This document shows, one piece after another, positions 37,226 to 50,355 of a stretch of DNA of 64,000 nt. The notes under the pieces were generated by a model. The model saw nothing but the letters and a program-made list of their open reading frames with translations, made no database searches and was not told where the DNA came from. The position numbers and the translations under genes are program-made. Origin of the DNA: Lama glama (Eukaryota); NCBI GenBank assembly GCA_028534125.1, contig CM052816.1, positions 89,096,001 through 89,160,000 on the forward strand, written 5' to 3'. Every line of letters begins with the position of its first letter. Position 1 is the stretch's first letter.

Positions 37226-39029
37226 AACCATGACTCCAGAACAATCTGGAAGATCCAATGCTTTTAAATAAACAAGAACAGGAAAGAGAATCCAGTGCAT
37301 TTTACAAGTTGTTGATACAGGAGTAATATCCCCCATTCATTCTATAGCTTGGGAAGCACTTGAAGGTAAATGAGTCCTTGGCCCTCATGCTTTCATCTCA
37401 TGGTAGAAAATCTGAAACTCCATCAGTTTCTTATTTTCAAGTACAGTCACAGTTCTTTCCCCCTACACACTCCATATTCCCATCCACATATGTTTCTAGC
37501 ACACTTCAGAAATGATACCACGCAGCTGCTTCTGTAGCCATCTGTTTCATTCTAAGTCCTTCTTTTCAATTTTATGTAATTTCTGAGAATTGTGTTCTTC
37601 TTGTATGAGGTTCTTCTTTTATGTTGTGTCACTCTAGGATCAGAGTATTTTTCAATAAATATACATAAAATTTTATGCTGCATTTATGTTTATATTTTCA
37701 TGATAATGAGAACTAATCACCACAAAAAGCTTAGAATTGCATCGCCAATAATAGACGTTCATTCATGGAAAGTCAAGTCTACAACCCGAGGACAACCTAC
37801 ATGATTACATTTTAATTGTATAAGCATTATTAGCATTGATGGAATGGATTAGTCTTTATGAGAACTAAAATATTCATATACGTGGCAAAATATACAGCTT
37901 CTTATTTCCAGTGGATACAGTCATATTGCAAAGAAAAGGTTTTATTCTGACTTTTGATATTTAGTTCCACCATTCTAAAAATAAGGCATTTAACTTCTCA
38001 AATTGGATGGTAAAAAAAGACACAACAGCCCACTAGGTATAAACAAGCCTAGAATTGAGGTGTTGAAGTCATTTCATTCTGAAGAGTGAAATGCTGAGAC
38101 TATGGCTTTCAGACAGTCTGCTTTCTTCCTGGTGAGCCATTCATTCCATCTCACTTGCTTCTCCTAAGTCTGTTTTGCTGCAGTCTGGACATTTTAGTAC
38201 AGCTAGACACAGCAGTTATGCCCCAGTCTGTTTGATCAGAAACACCGGCCGTTCAGATGTTTCAGTGTTCTCTGAGAGCTGTGGTCCAAAGTACAAAGAC
38301 ATTTTAGATGACAAAGTTTTAGAGATTACCTGGCTTAACTTCATCACTTTGTAGAACAGGAAACACTTTTTTAAAAAAGAGACAGATGCAGAGTCTTGTC
38401 ACTAAGGGAAGTATCATTAATCGTTTCCTCTTTCTGAACCTGTTACTGAACATGTATTGCATGTAAAATGAAGGCTGCTTTGGAGCTGAGGAGAAGTGAC
38501 AGGTTTGTTCTCCAAGGTCTTATGCAAGGAAAATATCATGGGAAAATGTCATTTGTGTTGCCTTTTCCTTCCAGCCTCTCAACCTTGGTGTCCTTTCTAG
38601 AGAGCTAACATTATTTAGTAGATCTCAGCATACTGAGAATACAAAATTAAGAGACAATCAAAGGATGATTTAGGAAACCCTGGCTCTTTTACAGATTTAA
38701 CACTAATGTGTTTTATGACCCCTGGGGAAGTTAATTTACTTCCCTTATGAGATAAAGTGTTGTATCATTTTTTAAAAATATTTTGCGACATGGGAATCTA
38801 GTAAGATTCTGGTGAAATGAGAGAAACCACTTTTCAGAGAAGGAACATGATCCGATTCTTGTGTATCAAAGTCGATTGTCAGATTTAAGAGTATAATGCT
38901 CTCAAAGGACACGCTTAGCCTCTGACCAGCAGGTGAATCCCCTGTTGCTGCAAACTGTATAGCTCTGAACAATCCAGGTCACTCAAATGCCTAATCTAGG
39001 GCCCGGCACATTCAATAAAAGGCAATAAA

Positions 39030-39180
39030 GCAGCAAAGTGTAAGACTGGAGTCATCCACGCCTTGGTTCAAACATTGGAACCTTGTAGATAATCAACTCT
39101 CCAAACCTTGATTCCTTATGTAGTATTTCCACCTGTCTGGGCTGGTGTGGAGGTAAGAAATTACACATGTGCACAAATAA
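39030..39180 (+). mobile_element. MIR fragment
   Basis: 'agactggagtcatccacgccttggttcaaac...accttgtagataatcaactctcc'. Confidence 0.5.
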
Positions 39181-39204
39181 AACACTCAACATAAACACAA
39201 GATT

Positions 39205-39263
39205 TATTAACTGGGAGATTAGGACGTGGACATTTTTGGGAGATCATTATTCTGCTTACCACA
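39205..39263 (-). mobile_element. MLT1 LTR terminal fragment
   Basis: 'gggagattaggacgtggacatttttgggagatcattattctgcttaccaca' is a typical MLT1 terminus. Confidence 0.7.
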
Positions 39264-41229
39264 CTAACTATTCCTTTGATCTCAGCTCGTTAGAATTCCC
39301 CATCCTCTCTTTAAGGCTAGTTTTATCCCTACCTTTTGTGTAAAGTCTGTCTTGTCCATTCCTGCTGAAAAAGTTAATAGAACCTATTTTCTGGGTCATT
39401 TATTAGATTCTTCTTCCCCCCGAACTTTGTTTGTATGTGTGTATTTAGACCCCTTTTGATTTATTAGGTACTGCTTTCACACTTCCTTTCCTCAAGGATC
39501 CAGAAGTGAGAATTCTCTTTTTTTTAAAAAAAAAAAAAAAAAAGGAGGGAAAGGGCTCATATTCCCAGTTTAGCCCTTAGGAAAACGGCTTCCATTGTGT
39601 GGATTGATAGGCTGGCCTGGCCCTGTCTTTCTTTCCGGCTCTCAGTATCCGCCACCCACACTCCCACATGTCATCTCTCCTTATCACAGGTGTTGAACAC
39701 TATTTGCTTTGCAATAGATGAGCCCTGCCTGTCCCATTTTTCGGTGGAAAGTGAATTCATTCCACCTTTTCTATATTCTCTAAAAATATACCTCCACAAC
39801 TCATCTTCAAGTGTCAATTGCTTCTATGCAAAGATACTTGGGAATTGTGGAATCTGAAATATTTTCTGCCTTAAATAATTATCCTAATCTTATTTCTCTG
39901 TCAATATCAAGTAGAGGTTAAAGATTCTCAAAACTTGCTGTTCTCGGTTTTTGTCATTGTTTTGTTTTGTTTTGTTTTTGAAAAACACAAGAGTAGTTTA
40001 TGCATGAGTGTCTTGGATTCCCTCCACAGTGTCACTACTTGACTTTCCAATTACAGCAGATAGAAACAAGAGCAGAGGGATCAGCAGGGGTGAAACTGAG
40101 GTCTCACTTTATGAGATGTAAGTGAGGTAGTTAGCCAACTCCCTAGTGCTCTCAGAAATTGCACAAGGTCACTGGGGAATTCTTACCTCTTTGTTACTTG
40201 CCACTTTACATTTGCCAATCTGTTATATCTGATACTATACCTAGAAGTCTGTGATGATACAGCCCCTGCTAAACCTTGTTAATGCACAAGCATTTTAAAC
40301 CATTAATTTTCCAAATCCTTCTTTTCTTCCTATTATAGGTTAAGTACTCCTGGGTCTGTCTGGTCATTAACATCATAGAAATTCAGCTTTAGCAAACTTT
40401 CCTTTAGAGATAAAATTAAGTCCAACATAAACCAGAATGAATAAAAATCAGAACAGCTTAGAGAATTCCAGGGCTATTTCATATATAATTCTCCTCTGAA
40501 CAAACTTGGGCAGTTCACACATGGGTAGCAATAATGAAATAGTTGAGGTCGCTTCAGGACTGTTGAATTTTCACAGTAAAGGAAATGTACATAGGCACTC
40601 TGTATTAAGGAGACAGACGATCCCAGTGTCAATTGTGAAAACTTCTATTCCAATGGTTCTTCCCATTGCTAGCAAAATTCCTCCTGACAGAGCAAACATG
40701 ATTATATTAGGTCAGCCACAACATTTCACAATGTTTGCACGTCCTCCTTAATACTGTACTTTCCATGTGTCTATGGAGGTGTAGTTGGTCAATAAAAGCT
40801 ACATTGGTTCAGATTCTCCAGGACAATTATAGAGTCCATCTCTTAATTCCTAATATTATGCAACTTTCATTGGGATGTGAATAATTATCTACGTCTCTTC
40901 TATTGGCCAATAACATGTCAGTATGTCTGAATTCCTTGTAGCCTTAACTGATATTCATTAAGAACATATTTATACACTGTAACTTAACTTTTGTTTTCCT
41001 TTTAATATAACATGGCCAATCATTCCAACCTACCTTGTATTTATTATAGAAATGATTTTTCTCTTGCTCTTGGTTGGTGATCCAAAAAAATAAAATAAAA
41101 TATAGCAATCAGATGTGTATATCTTATGATCATGTCACTGTTTTGACAGAACTCATAACATTCCTGTGCACATCTTCTCATGAAGATACTCTTAGGATAA
41201 ACACTGTATGTGGAAGTTAGACTCTTTGT

Positions 41230-41480
41230 TCTACAAGCATGGCACTTCTTGAGATGCCCCTCAGAATTCCTTTCAAAGAGTGGGATTAGCTGACAGACTG
41301 TAGCTATTACAAACTAAAGGGTCTGCCTCATCTTGTGAGCTGCAGTCTTACTCTTCTCGGGCGGCCCTCAGCCCATGATGGTGTGAAGTCATGATAAACG
41401 GCCCTAGATATTTCTACCCAACACAGGACTTCTTTAATGGCCAGTCTTTGCCTGGAGCTCCCTGTTGGGCTGGAAAGAAT
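41230..41480 (+). mobile_element. ERVL LTR16-like fragment
   Basis: 'cagcccatga...ataaacggccc...acccaacacaggacttcttt aatggcca...ggagctccctgttggg' follows the recalled LTR16 layout. Confidence 0.6.
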
Positions 41481-41965
41481 TTTAACCCAAGGATTCATCT
41501 ATTAGGGTAAGGACTTATAAAGTCAGGGAATAAATGGAGTTCTTAAATAAAAAGAAGAAAAAAATGTTTTTAATAAAAGTATATGCTTATGTATTTATAT
41601 AGTCACATAAACTCTTCAAAAAAAATCTACCACAGTGAAAACAATAGAAAATATCAGTTTTTTGTTTGTTTTAGCTTCATTCTAACATTAAGTTAAAAAA
41701 CAAAACAAATGTGCACTTTTTTCATTTTGGTTTTTATTTTGTTTTTTAAATTATGCTTCTTTTGTCCAGTGATTAAAAACTCACATAAAGATAGAAGTAG
41801 AATATATATTCTTTAACTCCATTTGGAATTTTCAAGGAGTTTCAAAACTGATACATTTTATAAATGGCTCACACTAGTGATTTATCTTTTAAATGACATT
41901 ATTATAAAGAATCATTTTTGACAATCTGTAGAATTTGAGAAGCTCTATGACTCATTCTCGGAAGT

Positions 41966-42553
41966 GTGATTTTAAGATTTCCATCCCTTTGTTGCACTTG
42001 GTGGTGTGTAATACCCAGGATTGTGAAGATGATGAATTTCACTCCTGTGATCTGGTTATATTATGAGGCATATGTGACCTTATGATAGGGAGGTAATCCA
42101 AGTGAACTTGGCCCAATTACATAAGCCCTTTAAAAGTAAAGAGATTTCTCCAGCTGGGAACAGAAGAGAAAGTCAAGGATTTGAAGCAAAAGAAGGATAT
42201 CAAAGTGCCATTACTGTCTTGAAGATGGAGAAGGCCACATAGCAAAAAATGTAGGCAACTTCTAGAAGCAGAGAGCGGCCCTCTGCTGACCACCATCAAG
42301 GGAAAAGAGACCTCGATTCCATAATTACACAGAACTGAATTCTGACAACAACCAGAGTGAACTTGGGAGCAGATTTTTTTCCCCAGAGTATCCAGATGTG
42401 AACTTAGACAATCAGACACCTTCATTTCAGCTTTGTGATGCTTTGAGCAGAGAATTCAGTCACACCATGAATTTGCTTCTCACCTGCAGAACTGTGATGT
42501 TTTCTGGCCCTAAGTTTGTGGTAACTTGTTACCTAGCAATAGAAAGTACTACA
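41966..42553 (+). mobile_element. MaLR LTR (MLT1E-like), near full length
   Basis: 'tcactcctgtgat..ggttatattatg', 'cttgaagatggag', 'gaactgaattctgacaacaacc', ending 'taagtttgtggtaacttgttacctagcaatagaaagtactaca'. Confidence 0.9.
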
Positions 42554-44169
42554 GTTATGTTCTTTCATGTTTTGGAAATAATACAATTAGAAAACATTCT
42601 TCTTGAACTTTCTAGATAATCAACTTTAAAAATCATATTCTGTTTCATAAAAAAACTAATTTTGAAAATTAGCCATTCATCATTTTCCAATAAATAATTA
42701 GCACTGATAATCTCAAAACCACAGTCTTGTTTTAAGTAAGCATCAAAGCAGAACTTCAATAATGTTGCTGTAATCTTTGAAATTGGAAATACAACTTAAA
42801 TGAAAAACAAGACCTGTAGATACAGGGACTTTTCTGGCAGGGTGGCCAACCATTTTACGTGGTCCAAAGAGATGGTTACAAAGGAAGGAGATCTGTGGAG
42901 TTACAAAAATGCATAGTCATCCAGTTCATAGTAAGGCATAGTTTTATAGCATTTCCTGACCCTGCTGCTTTAAGGGTAGGCTCTCCTGTAATTCATTTAC
43001 CTGCCCCCACAACATTCTCTTTGGGCTCTGCAACAATCATCGCCCATAAAGGGTACTAATATGCACTGATACAACCACAGTCTCCCCCTTAGACAACTTA
43101 ACTCTATTAGTGATAGTTGAGGTGTTTAAAAGTTATTGATGAGAGGTTTGGAATTTCAGTATGTAATCTAGAAACCACATAAATTAGTGCAGTATGTGAA
43201 TAAAACAAACGACTATCTGGGGGTCCAAAAGATGATTTTTTTCTGAAAGAATATCACAGGAAAATAGGAGCTTCTTCACCTAAGTTTAAACAGATGAATG
43301 TATTCCATTATCAAAAGGCCAAAAGGATACCTTGTTTAGCAGCTGTAAGGAGTCAGAACTCACTCCCAGCTATAGGGAAACTATAGTTTACTCTTGACTG
43401 AACGTTTGCGTGACTGTTCAAATTCTCCAAATGTAAATATGTAGGATCATTTCAAATTTCTCAGAAAGTTGTATTTATACACTTTGCTCAGCCAACAGTA
43501 AAACTAACCCTGAATTAAAAATGCATATTCTATTATCTCAAATAAATTAGAAAATAGTAGAAAAGGTGCATGGAATTTCTGTGCTACCTTTCTTAATTTT
43601 AATCTTCTATAGTTATATAATTTTGAGGGGGAGGAGCTAAATAACTAGTTTTTTAATAGAGTTGAAGGAACTATTGTCCAAAAATAAAAGACAAATACAT
43701 ATTAATCTCTTAATTTACTAGTGTTGCATTGGTATTATAGTTTTATGACAATTCAGAAAGTTTTCACTATGATTATTAAAAAGTTTACAGATGTGTATAT
43801 ACATATATACACATATATGCTCTACCTGTATACATAAAATTAAAGCATTAAAGAAGCAAAACTGTTTATTATAGCATCTCAAAATTCTTCTAGCTAAACT
43901 AAGCAGTGTTAATAACTGTAACACTTGAAACATATGTCCATGAATTACACAAATATTTGACAAAAGTTAGTGTACATTTTATGGTAAGACTGCCAATATT
44001 AATCCAACCTTCCCCAAAAGAAGAAAGCAAGTTTAACATTCCTCATGCATAGCAACCCCAACGTAAGCCCGACTGGTCCACTGACTTTAAAGACCACAAC
44101 ATGAAAATTAGAGGCAATATTTCAAGTCATAAAAGTTGAGCCAAATTCCCACATGAGCGGGAAACTGAG

Positions 44170-44395
44170 TTGTATAATTGAGTCTAGCAGCCAAGGTCAA
44201 GTCTCACCTTCACCACTTACCACACCACTTTGCCAGAAATAACTTTCTTCACCTCACAGAGCTTCCTTCCCTCCTGTATAAAATGGAGGAAATTGGTACC
44301 TCCTTCAGTAATGCTTGAAGGTCTGATTAATTATAATATAGGTAAAGTCATCCAACACTGGATGGGCTGTTTAAAAGTTCTCAGTAAATGCTAAA
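44170..44395 (+). mobile_element. MIR SINE
   Basis: 'gagtctagcagccaaggtcaagtctcaccttcaccacttacc...ctgtataaaatggagg...tacctcct...ctcagtaaatgcta'. Confidence 0.7.
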
Positions 44396-44979
44396 TCCCA
44401 GACCCCACGTTTACACTAAACTTTCTTTTTTCATCAACATGTATTTTAAGCATTGAACTATTTGTCAAAATGGATAAAAATGGCAGATTACACATGTATG
44501 TAGAATATTGTACTTTGTAGTCAAACGTACTCCTCATGCTGTGTTACATGTTAACCTCCATGAATGTTAGGGAGTTATTTTCATATTTAAACACATGATT
44601 TAAGCATATATAAAAAATGAACAGATTTATTCATTTATAAAAGCAACTTGAGATAATCTTCATGAGAAAACATCATTTTGTTGATTCTTAAAGTCCAAAT
44701 TCTATTGTGTAAAGTTATTTTTTAGCCAGAACTTTCTTTTTATTTTCAATATACCGAATTTACACATTCCCAGTGTTGACCTGGGGTTTACTGCTTGATT
44801 TTTACCTTAATATGGCTGTTATAAGGAGAGTTCCAAGCTAGAAAACAAAGACATTTATGTTTTTCTACCTGATGGAAAACTAGAACTACTATGCATATAT
44901 ACGTGCAGATGTAACCAATGTATATTATTGGATAGTTTTATGTGATATAAATATTTTCTGACTAGTTTCTAGTCTTGCT

Positions 44980-45165
44980 ACTTATATTATTCCTAAACCT
45001 TGCAGGAATTCCATGAAAAAGACATTGTCTTTTTTTTTTTCACATTTGAGAAATCTAAAGCTTAGAGATTGTGAGTAATTCATCAATTGTCACAGAGCAA
45101 CTAATTTGTGAAGTCATGATTTCACCAAAGATCAGAGCTTCTGGGTCACAAATCCACCCCCCACA
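44980..45165 (-). mobile_element. MIR SINE
   Basis: 'tttcacatttgagaaatctaaagcttagagattgtgagtaattcatcaattgtcacagagc'. Confidence 0.65.
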
Positions 45166-46199
45166 TATTCCCATACAACAGGCTTCTTCAGTCTGTCCTC
45201 CTGTCACAGAAAGGCAATAAGCTCTTACAATATTTTTCTAAATACAAACCAAGGTCAGATTACCAACATGAATCAAAAATATTAAATTACTTAAGAAGGA
45301 GTGGTGCACGAGTCCACTTAACTTGTGTAAAAGTATAGAATAGAAAAGCCAGCAATATTTTAGAATATTGTATTATTTTACTACCTTTTATGAAGAAAAT
45401 GATTCAAAAATAAGATTTGTCTTGCACTTGATATTTGGTGGATATTTAATAGAACATATTTCCGAGCAGAAGTTATTGCTTTGGAAAAGGGACCAAGTGA
45501 TAAATGGATAGTTGTAGGAGTGCATAAGGGAAGTTGTGGTGTAAGATAACTTGCTGCCTGGCTACCCTAGAAAACAGGCTTAAACATTATAATTTTGAAT
45601 TGGTACTAACAATGGGTAAGGTCTGAACTGATTAAAGGAAAATGAAGTGTAGGACAAGAAAACTGATTTAAGAGGAAATTACAGTGGTTAAAAATGACCT
45701 GGGCCTTCACCAGACATTATTCTGTTGATAGGAAAAGAAAATCATATTTAAAAAGTACAAACCCCTCAGGTTTGGCCAAAGACCAAAATAAAATGCTGAT
45801 TTGCCTTTGCTAATTAACCAAATGATTAAACTGTGGTCATTGCCACACCCACTAGTTTGAAAATACATTGTATGTTTATATCAATATTCCCTAAATGGAA
45901 ACATGACAAATTAAGTATAAAAAGAGAATGGAGAAGTTGGAAATCTTTTCACATGTTAATTATCTTGGTGTTTTTCTTAGGCTTTCCTATATATCCTAGA
46001 AAAATTTGTACACTTTACCTTAATTTATATGAATTTTCTACATTTCTCAATTCTGTTACCTTCAACAAGTGAAAACATAGTCTGTGTCCCTTAGACACAT
46101 CCAAATGGGAATGTAGACCACAAACAAAACTTAATGTGTAATCAAACCTGTACTTTTATTTAGGAAAGAAGGCAGAATTCTTCATGCAGTGAAGAAGGA

Positions 46200-47150
46200 A
46201 TGTTTGTCACTGCCTTGGAGCGTGAAAGGAGATTTACAACAGCAAAGCCCTTTTGAGCTGGATCTTGTTAGATAGAAAATTGAGCAGAGAGGAGTGGCAG
46301 GCTATCCTAGGCAGAGGGAAAAGAATGTACAAAGGCGTGAAACAAAAGGCGTGGCCCGAGAAAGGTGATTAGTTCAGAATCACTGGAGTAGGCTAGGGGA
46401 CAGTATTAGTAAATAAGCCACAGTCCTGAAGACCAGCCACGTTGAGTTATGATGTTTATACATCCTCGTTTGGTTACAAAGCACTGGGTCCTTCCAATAC
46501 CCAAGGCCACTGTCTGAATTTGAATCTGATCCTAGAATAATTGCTTCTAAGTGTTCTACATGGCTTTAGCCCTGCCATTTGTTCATTCTATACCCCATCA
46601 TACCGACCGAAAAAACTTCACCTTGTCTTCACGTCTTTGTTCAAACTCCTTCAGAAGTTCTCAACCATTTGTAGGACACCATTAAAACCCTTTAGTAGGG
46701 CCAATGAGATTCTTCATCTGCTGATTGCCATCCTGTCAACATACAGAACCAAATTTGTTGCCATTCCTAAAAACTTACCTTCTCTAACATTTTCTTTTTC
46801 TTACATATTCCAGATTCTCATATCTTTACGTAAGTCTATGGATTCTGCTTGTCTTTGTTTCTCTACGCCATGATCACTTGGCAACCAGGCCGATACATTT
46901 TTGCGGTTCCAAAACTTGCTGAAATGCCCCTTGCTCTTTAAACAGTTTTCTCACCTTCACTTTCTTAAGCTCACATTACTCCCTTCAGGTCTCACAGGAC
47001 ATTTTACTCAACACCGTCATATCATCCCGGCTCACTTTGCTTAGTACTTATTTTACATAGCACCTGCCTACAGATTAAACCCTTTGATGGCATGGAGCCA
47101 TGCTGTATTCCTTACAGGAGGCTAGAAGAAGACTAAGCAGAATTGAACTC
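46200..47150. mobile_element. Two degraded L2 fragments (minus ~46200-46450, plus ~46490-47150)
   Basis: 'tttgagctggatcttg...atcctaggcagagggaaaagaatgtacaaaggcgtg' on the minus strand and 'ttcaaactccttcagaagttctc...cagattaaaccctttgatggcatggagcc' on the plus strand. Confidence 0.6.
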
Positions 47151-47329
47151 TATAGAAAGTTTTTGAGCACATCAATGGCTATGTAAAGAAATATTATTAA
47201 GTTTGAATTTTAGCCTTTAGACAATGTTTAATGAAAACATTTCAGCAGAAGTATGGTTGTTTCATGATGAGATTATGTTTTAAAAATAGAATTTTGTTTG
47301 CAATATGTGATGGATGTTATAAATTCACT

Positions 47330-47750
47330 CGTTTAACACTCACTCTAACCAGCACCCCTCCTTGTACTGTCTTGGTTGGAAAACTAAAAACTGCTTTTCC
47401 CAGTTTTACGAGAATTCTTTTACAAGAATTCCAGGTGGAATTTGACATTCTCGAATCAGTGCACTAATGAGAGGCTGCACAGAGTTAAATTGGTTAGGGA
47501 GAGAGACAGAGACAGATTTTATTGTCTTAGATCACAGGTAACCTGACTCTGGAGTGATTACTGTCATGATCAAGCCAAAGCTGCTCATTTGATAGTGCAG
47601 TTCTGTGGTGGGGAATTCTTCACGGAAGCTCAGCACAGTCTGTTGTTTTAGCCCCATTAAAGATTCTATGAGTTAGATGTACAGCCTAATAATGCCCTTT
47701 CTTCTTTAACCTGTTAGAATAGATCTCTTTTTCTATATCTAAGAACTCCG
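47330..47750 (+). mobile_element. Possible old ERVL LTR fragment
   Basis: 'ttggaaaactaaaaactgcttttcccag' and the terminal 'taataatgcccttttcttctttaacctgttagaatagatct' resemble ERVL LTRs (LTR33/41-like). Confidence 0.4.
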
Positions 47751-49712
47751 TCTAAGGAACAATATAAACAATTAAATGAGAGTGATAGGGAAAGGGGCCA
47801 GCAGGTCCCGTCACTCACAGTAGAGACGTGGTAAGTGCCTTTGCACAGGCAACGCTGAGGGCTGTGCATGTTAGACTGTGGGACTTGATTGGAGAGACAT
47901 CCCTGAAATAGAGACGTAACCAAAATTAACTGAAAGTAGGAAAGGATGCAGAAGAAGATGTCAGATCAGAATGATGTCATCAATACAGAAAGGAATTCCA
48001 AGAGGGAGCAGAAACATTTGGGCAGAAGTTACTCTATTAAGTTTAGTACATTTTAAAGTTTTAAAAAATGAGGAAAAATCTGTAGCAAATACTATAGATA
48101 GATTCTGTGGTATAAAATTGAGTTATTTCCGCAGAGTTTGAAAATGATCCTTCACCTATCTGATATAACTTATCCACCACAAATGTTTCTACACGGCAAG
48201 CTCTATGAGAGATGTTAGAAGACAGCAATCTTATACTAAAGTAGAAATACAGACCATTGGAAAATCTAGGCAATTATGTATGAATGATATTTTTTCCTTT
48301 CTAATTTCAAAGTAGCTTTGCGTGGAGTTCCTTTACATTAATAACCTATATAAAATATATGAAGTTTAAATTATCTCTGGTAAAAAGCTTTTGAGTCCTG
48401 TGGTTTTTATTCATTTTTATATTTCAATCTTTTTTTTTCAGGGTTTGCGTAAATTGTTGAAATTCTTTCCAAAATGAACAATTACTTTTAAACTGTAACA
48501 TCAATTTAAGGGGAATATTTGGAAGGGTTCAGCTAGCTAATTGATCCTTTACATTAAAAGTGTGGGTCTGGTTAAATTATGCAGCAAAGAATGTCTTTTT
48601 GTAGCTGCCCTATATTCTTAGTGCCAAATCTTATATATTTATTTGATACCTTGATTTTTTAAAATATTTATATAATCCCCTCAAGAGCAGATGTTACTAT
48701 CACTCACCTAAATATCAGAGTAGGAACAATCAGTTTTACTAGATTTTATAGAATCTATGTATTCCGTAATTCTTATGTTGGCCGAATAGATCACAAGACT
48801 TATTCTCTGCTTCCTTATTATTATTTTCATGGAGTCATCTTCCTGAAACTAGCACATGAAAAATATATAATGTAGCAACAGAGAAACAACAGATCCTTAC
48901 TAAATATGAACTCAAGGGAGGAGTCAATATTCAGAGTGCTTTGTGGTGTTTAAGTTATAAAAATAGAAGATTTTCAGTGGAACATAGATTACTGGTGAGT
49001 AGTAGAGGAAGACATAAATAATAAAAATAGGAATAATAGATGCCTGTGATTACTCCTTTGCAAAACAAAACTGTCCTTTTTGTAATGTGCTGAAAATCAA
49101 TTGCCTTGTGATATCCCTAAAGTGATTATTTTCTGGGGATAAAATTACCTTAACCATACTATTTTTATTAGGCAAGTATTTATCAACTGCTGTGTGCACG
49201 GCTTGTTCTTATTGGGAAAAAAAATAATGTGTATTTCTTCCCAAATGCCTGTGAGTGATCTTTTATGTTGTTCTCCAATAGTCTCATAGAATTAAAACAT
49301 TTACAGAGATGATGTGTCATTCTGTGATGCTTTGCATCATTACATATCATCAGTAAAATATATGCAAACTCCATTCATTTAGAAGTCATCTCTCTATGTC
49401 AATACTAAGCAAGCATTCCTTAATTTTACTGTCCTGTGCTTCAAATTACATTACTATTTTTATTTTATTTCTAGATATAATCAGTACAATACTTATTCTT
49501 TGTTTAGTGATATTTTCTTGGTGCTGAATACCATGAAAATGCTAAGACGTTGTTCACCTCCTCAAGTTCATTACCGATGCCTTATTCTCAGGTGACTCAC
49601 TTAATGGTCTTGTCTCTAAGGTGCTGAAACTTTGTTTCTGCCTGATCTGAATGTTCTAGTTACTCATTTTCATTCCCTGAAATAAAACTCTGGATACTTC
49701 TCACATTCAGTG

Positions 49713-49844
49713 TGTTTTTTTTCTTTTTTCTTTTTTTGATTGAAATACAGTCAGTTACAATGTGTCAATTTCTTGTGTACAGCACAATCTCCCAACCATG
49801 GATATACATACATGTATTCACTTTCATATACTTTTTCATTAAAA
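49713..49844 (-). mobile_element. Young camelid/cetartiodactyl-type L1 3' end running into an assembly gap
   Basis: A T-rich tail, then 'gattgaaatacagtcagttacaatgtgtcaatttc..gtgtacagcacaat', similar to 400-480. Confidence 0.85.
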
Positions 49845-49944
49845 NNNNNNNNNNNNNNNNNNNNNNNNNNNNNNNNNNNNNNNNNNNNNNNNNNNNNNNN
49901 NNNNNNNNNNNNNNNNNNNNNNNNNNNNNNNNNNNNNNNNNNNN
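49845..49944. other. Assembly gap (100 N)
   Basis: Run of N. Confidence 1.
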
Positions 49945-50144
49945 AACTCTTCAAGTGATAAATGCATTGCATGTTTATTCTACTCTGGGCAGCAGAATTT
50001 TGTTTCAAAAAGTCATGCCGTGGAGTCTAAAAGCTCTATGTCTATTTCAGTTGGATATTGAGCATAACTTCACTTATTATAATCCCTGTATCTCTACCTA
50101 TATCATTTTAATATGGGCCCAACCAGAGAATGTTTAAGTGTATC

Positions 50145-50355
50145 AACTGTGGATCTAGCATGCCTGTATTGGGCATGTGGGCCCACATCTATGTGACATT
50201 GGCAAGTTACTTAACCTCCTAGTTTCTCAGTTCCAGCCGTGATAAGAATATAATAATAGTACCTTCCTCATGTTGTTATGAAAATCAAATGTTGAATACT
50301 CTAAAGTGTTTAGTAATATTCTGACACATAGTAAACACACATAGGCATTACTTGC
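50145..50355 (+). mobile_element. MIR SINE
   Basis: Core 'ctatgtgacattggcaagttacttaacctc...ctcagttcc...ataatagtaccttcctca...ctgacacatagtaaaca'. Confidence 0.85.

Noticed and set aside
40440..40800. Minus-strand translation with faint integrase-like words (DQLHLHRH, SCLLCQ, TFPL, ELPKFVQ)
   Set aside because: The motifs lie in different frames with stops, and there is no convincing DDE spacing. A profile-HMM search (rve, zf-H2C2) or a Dfam hit would be needed.
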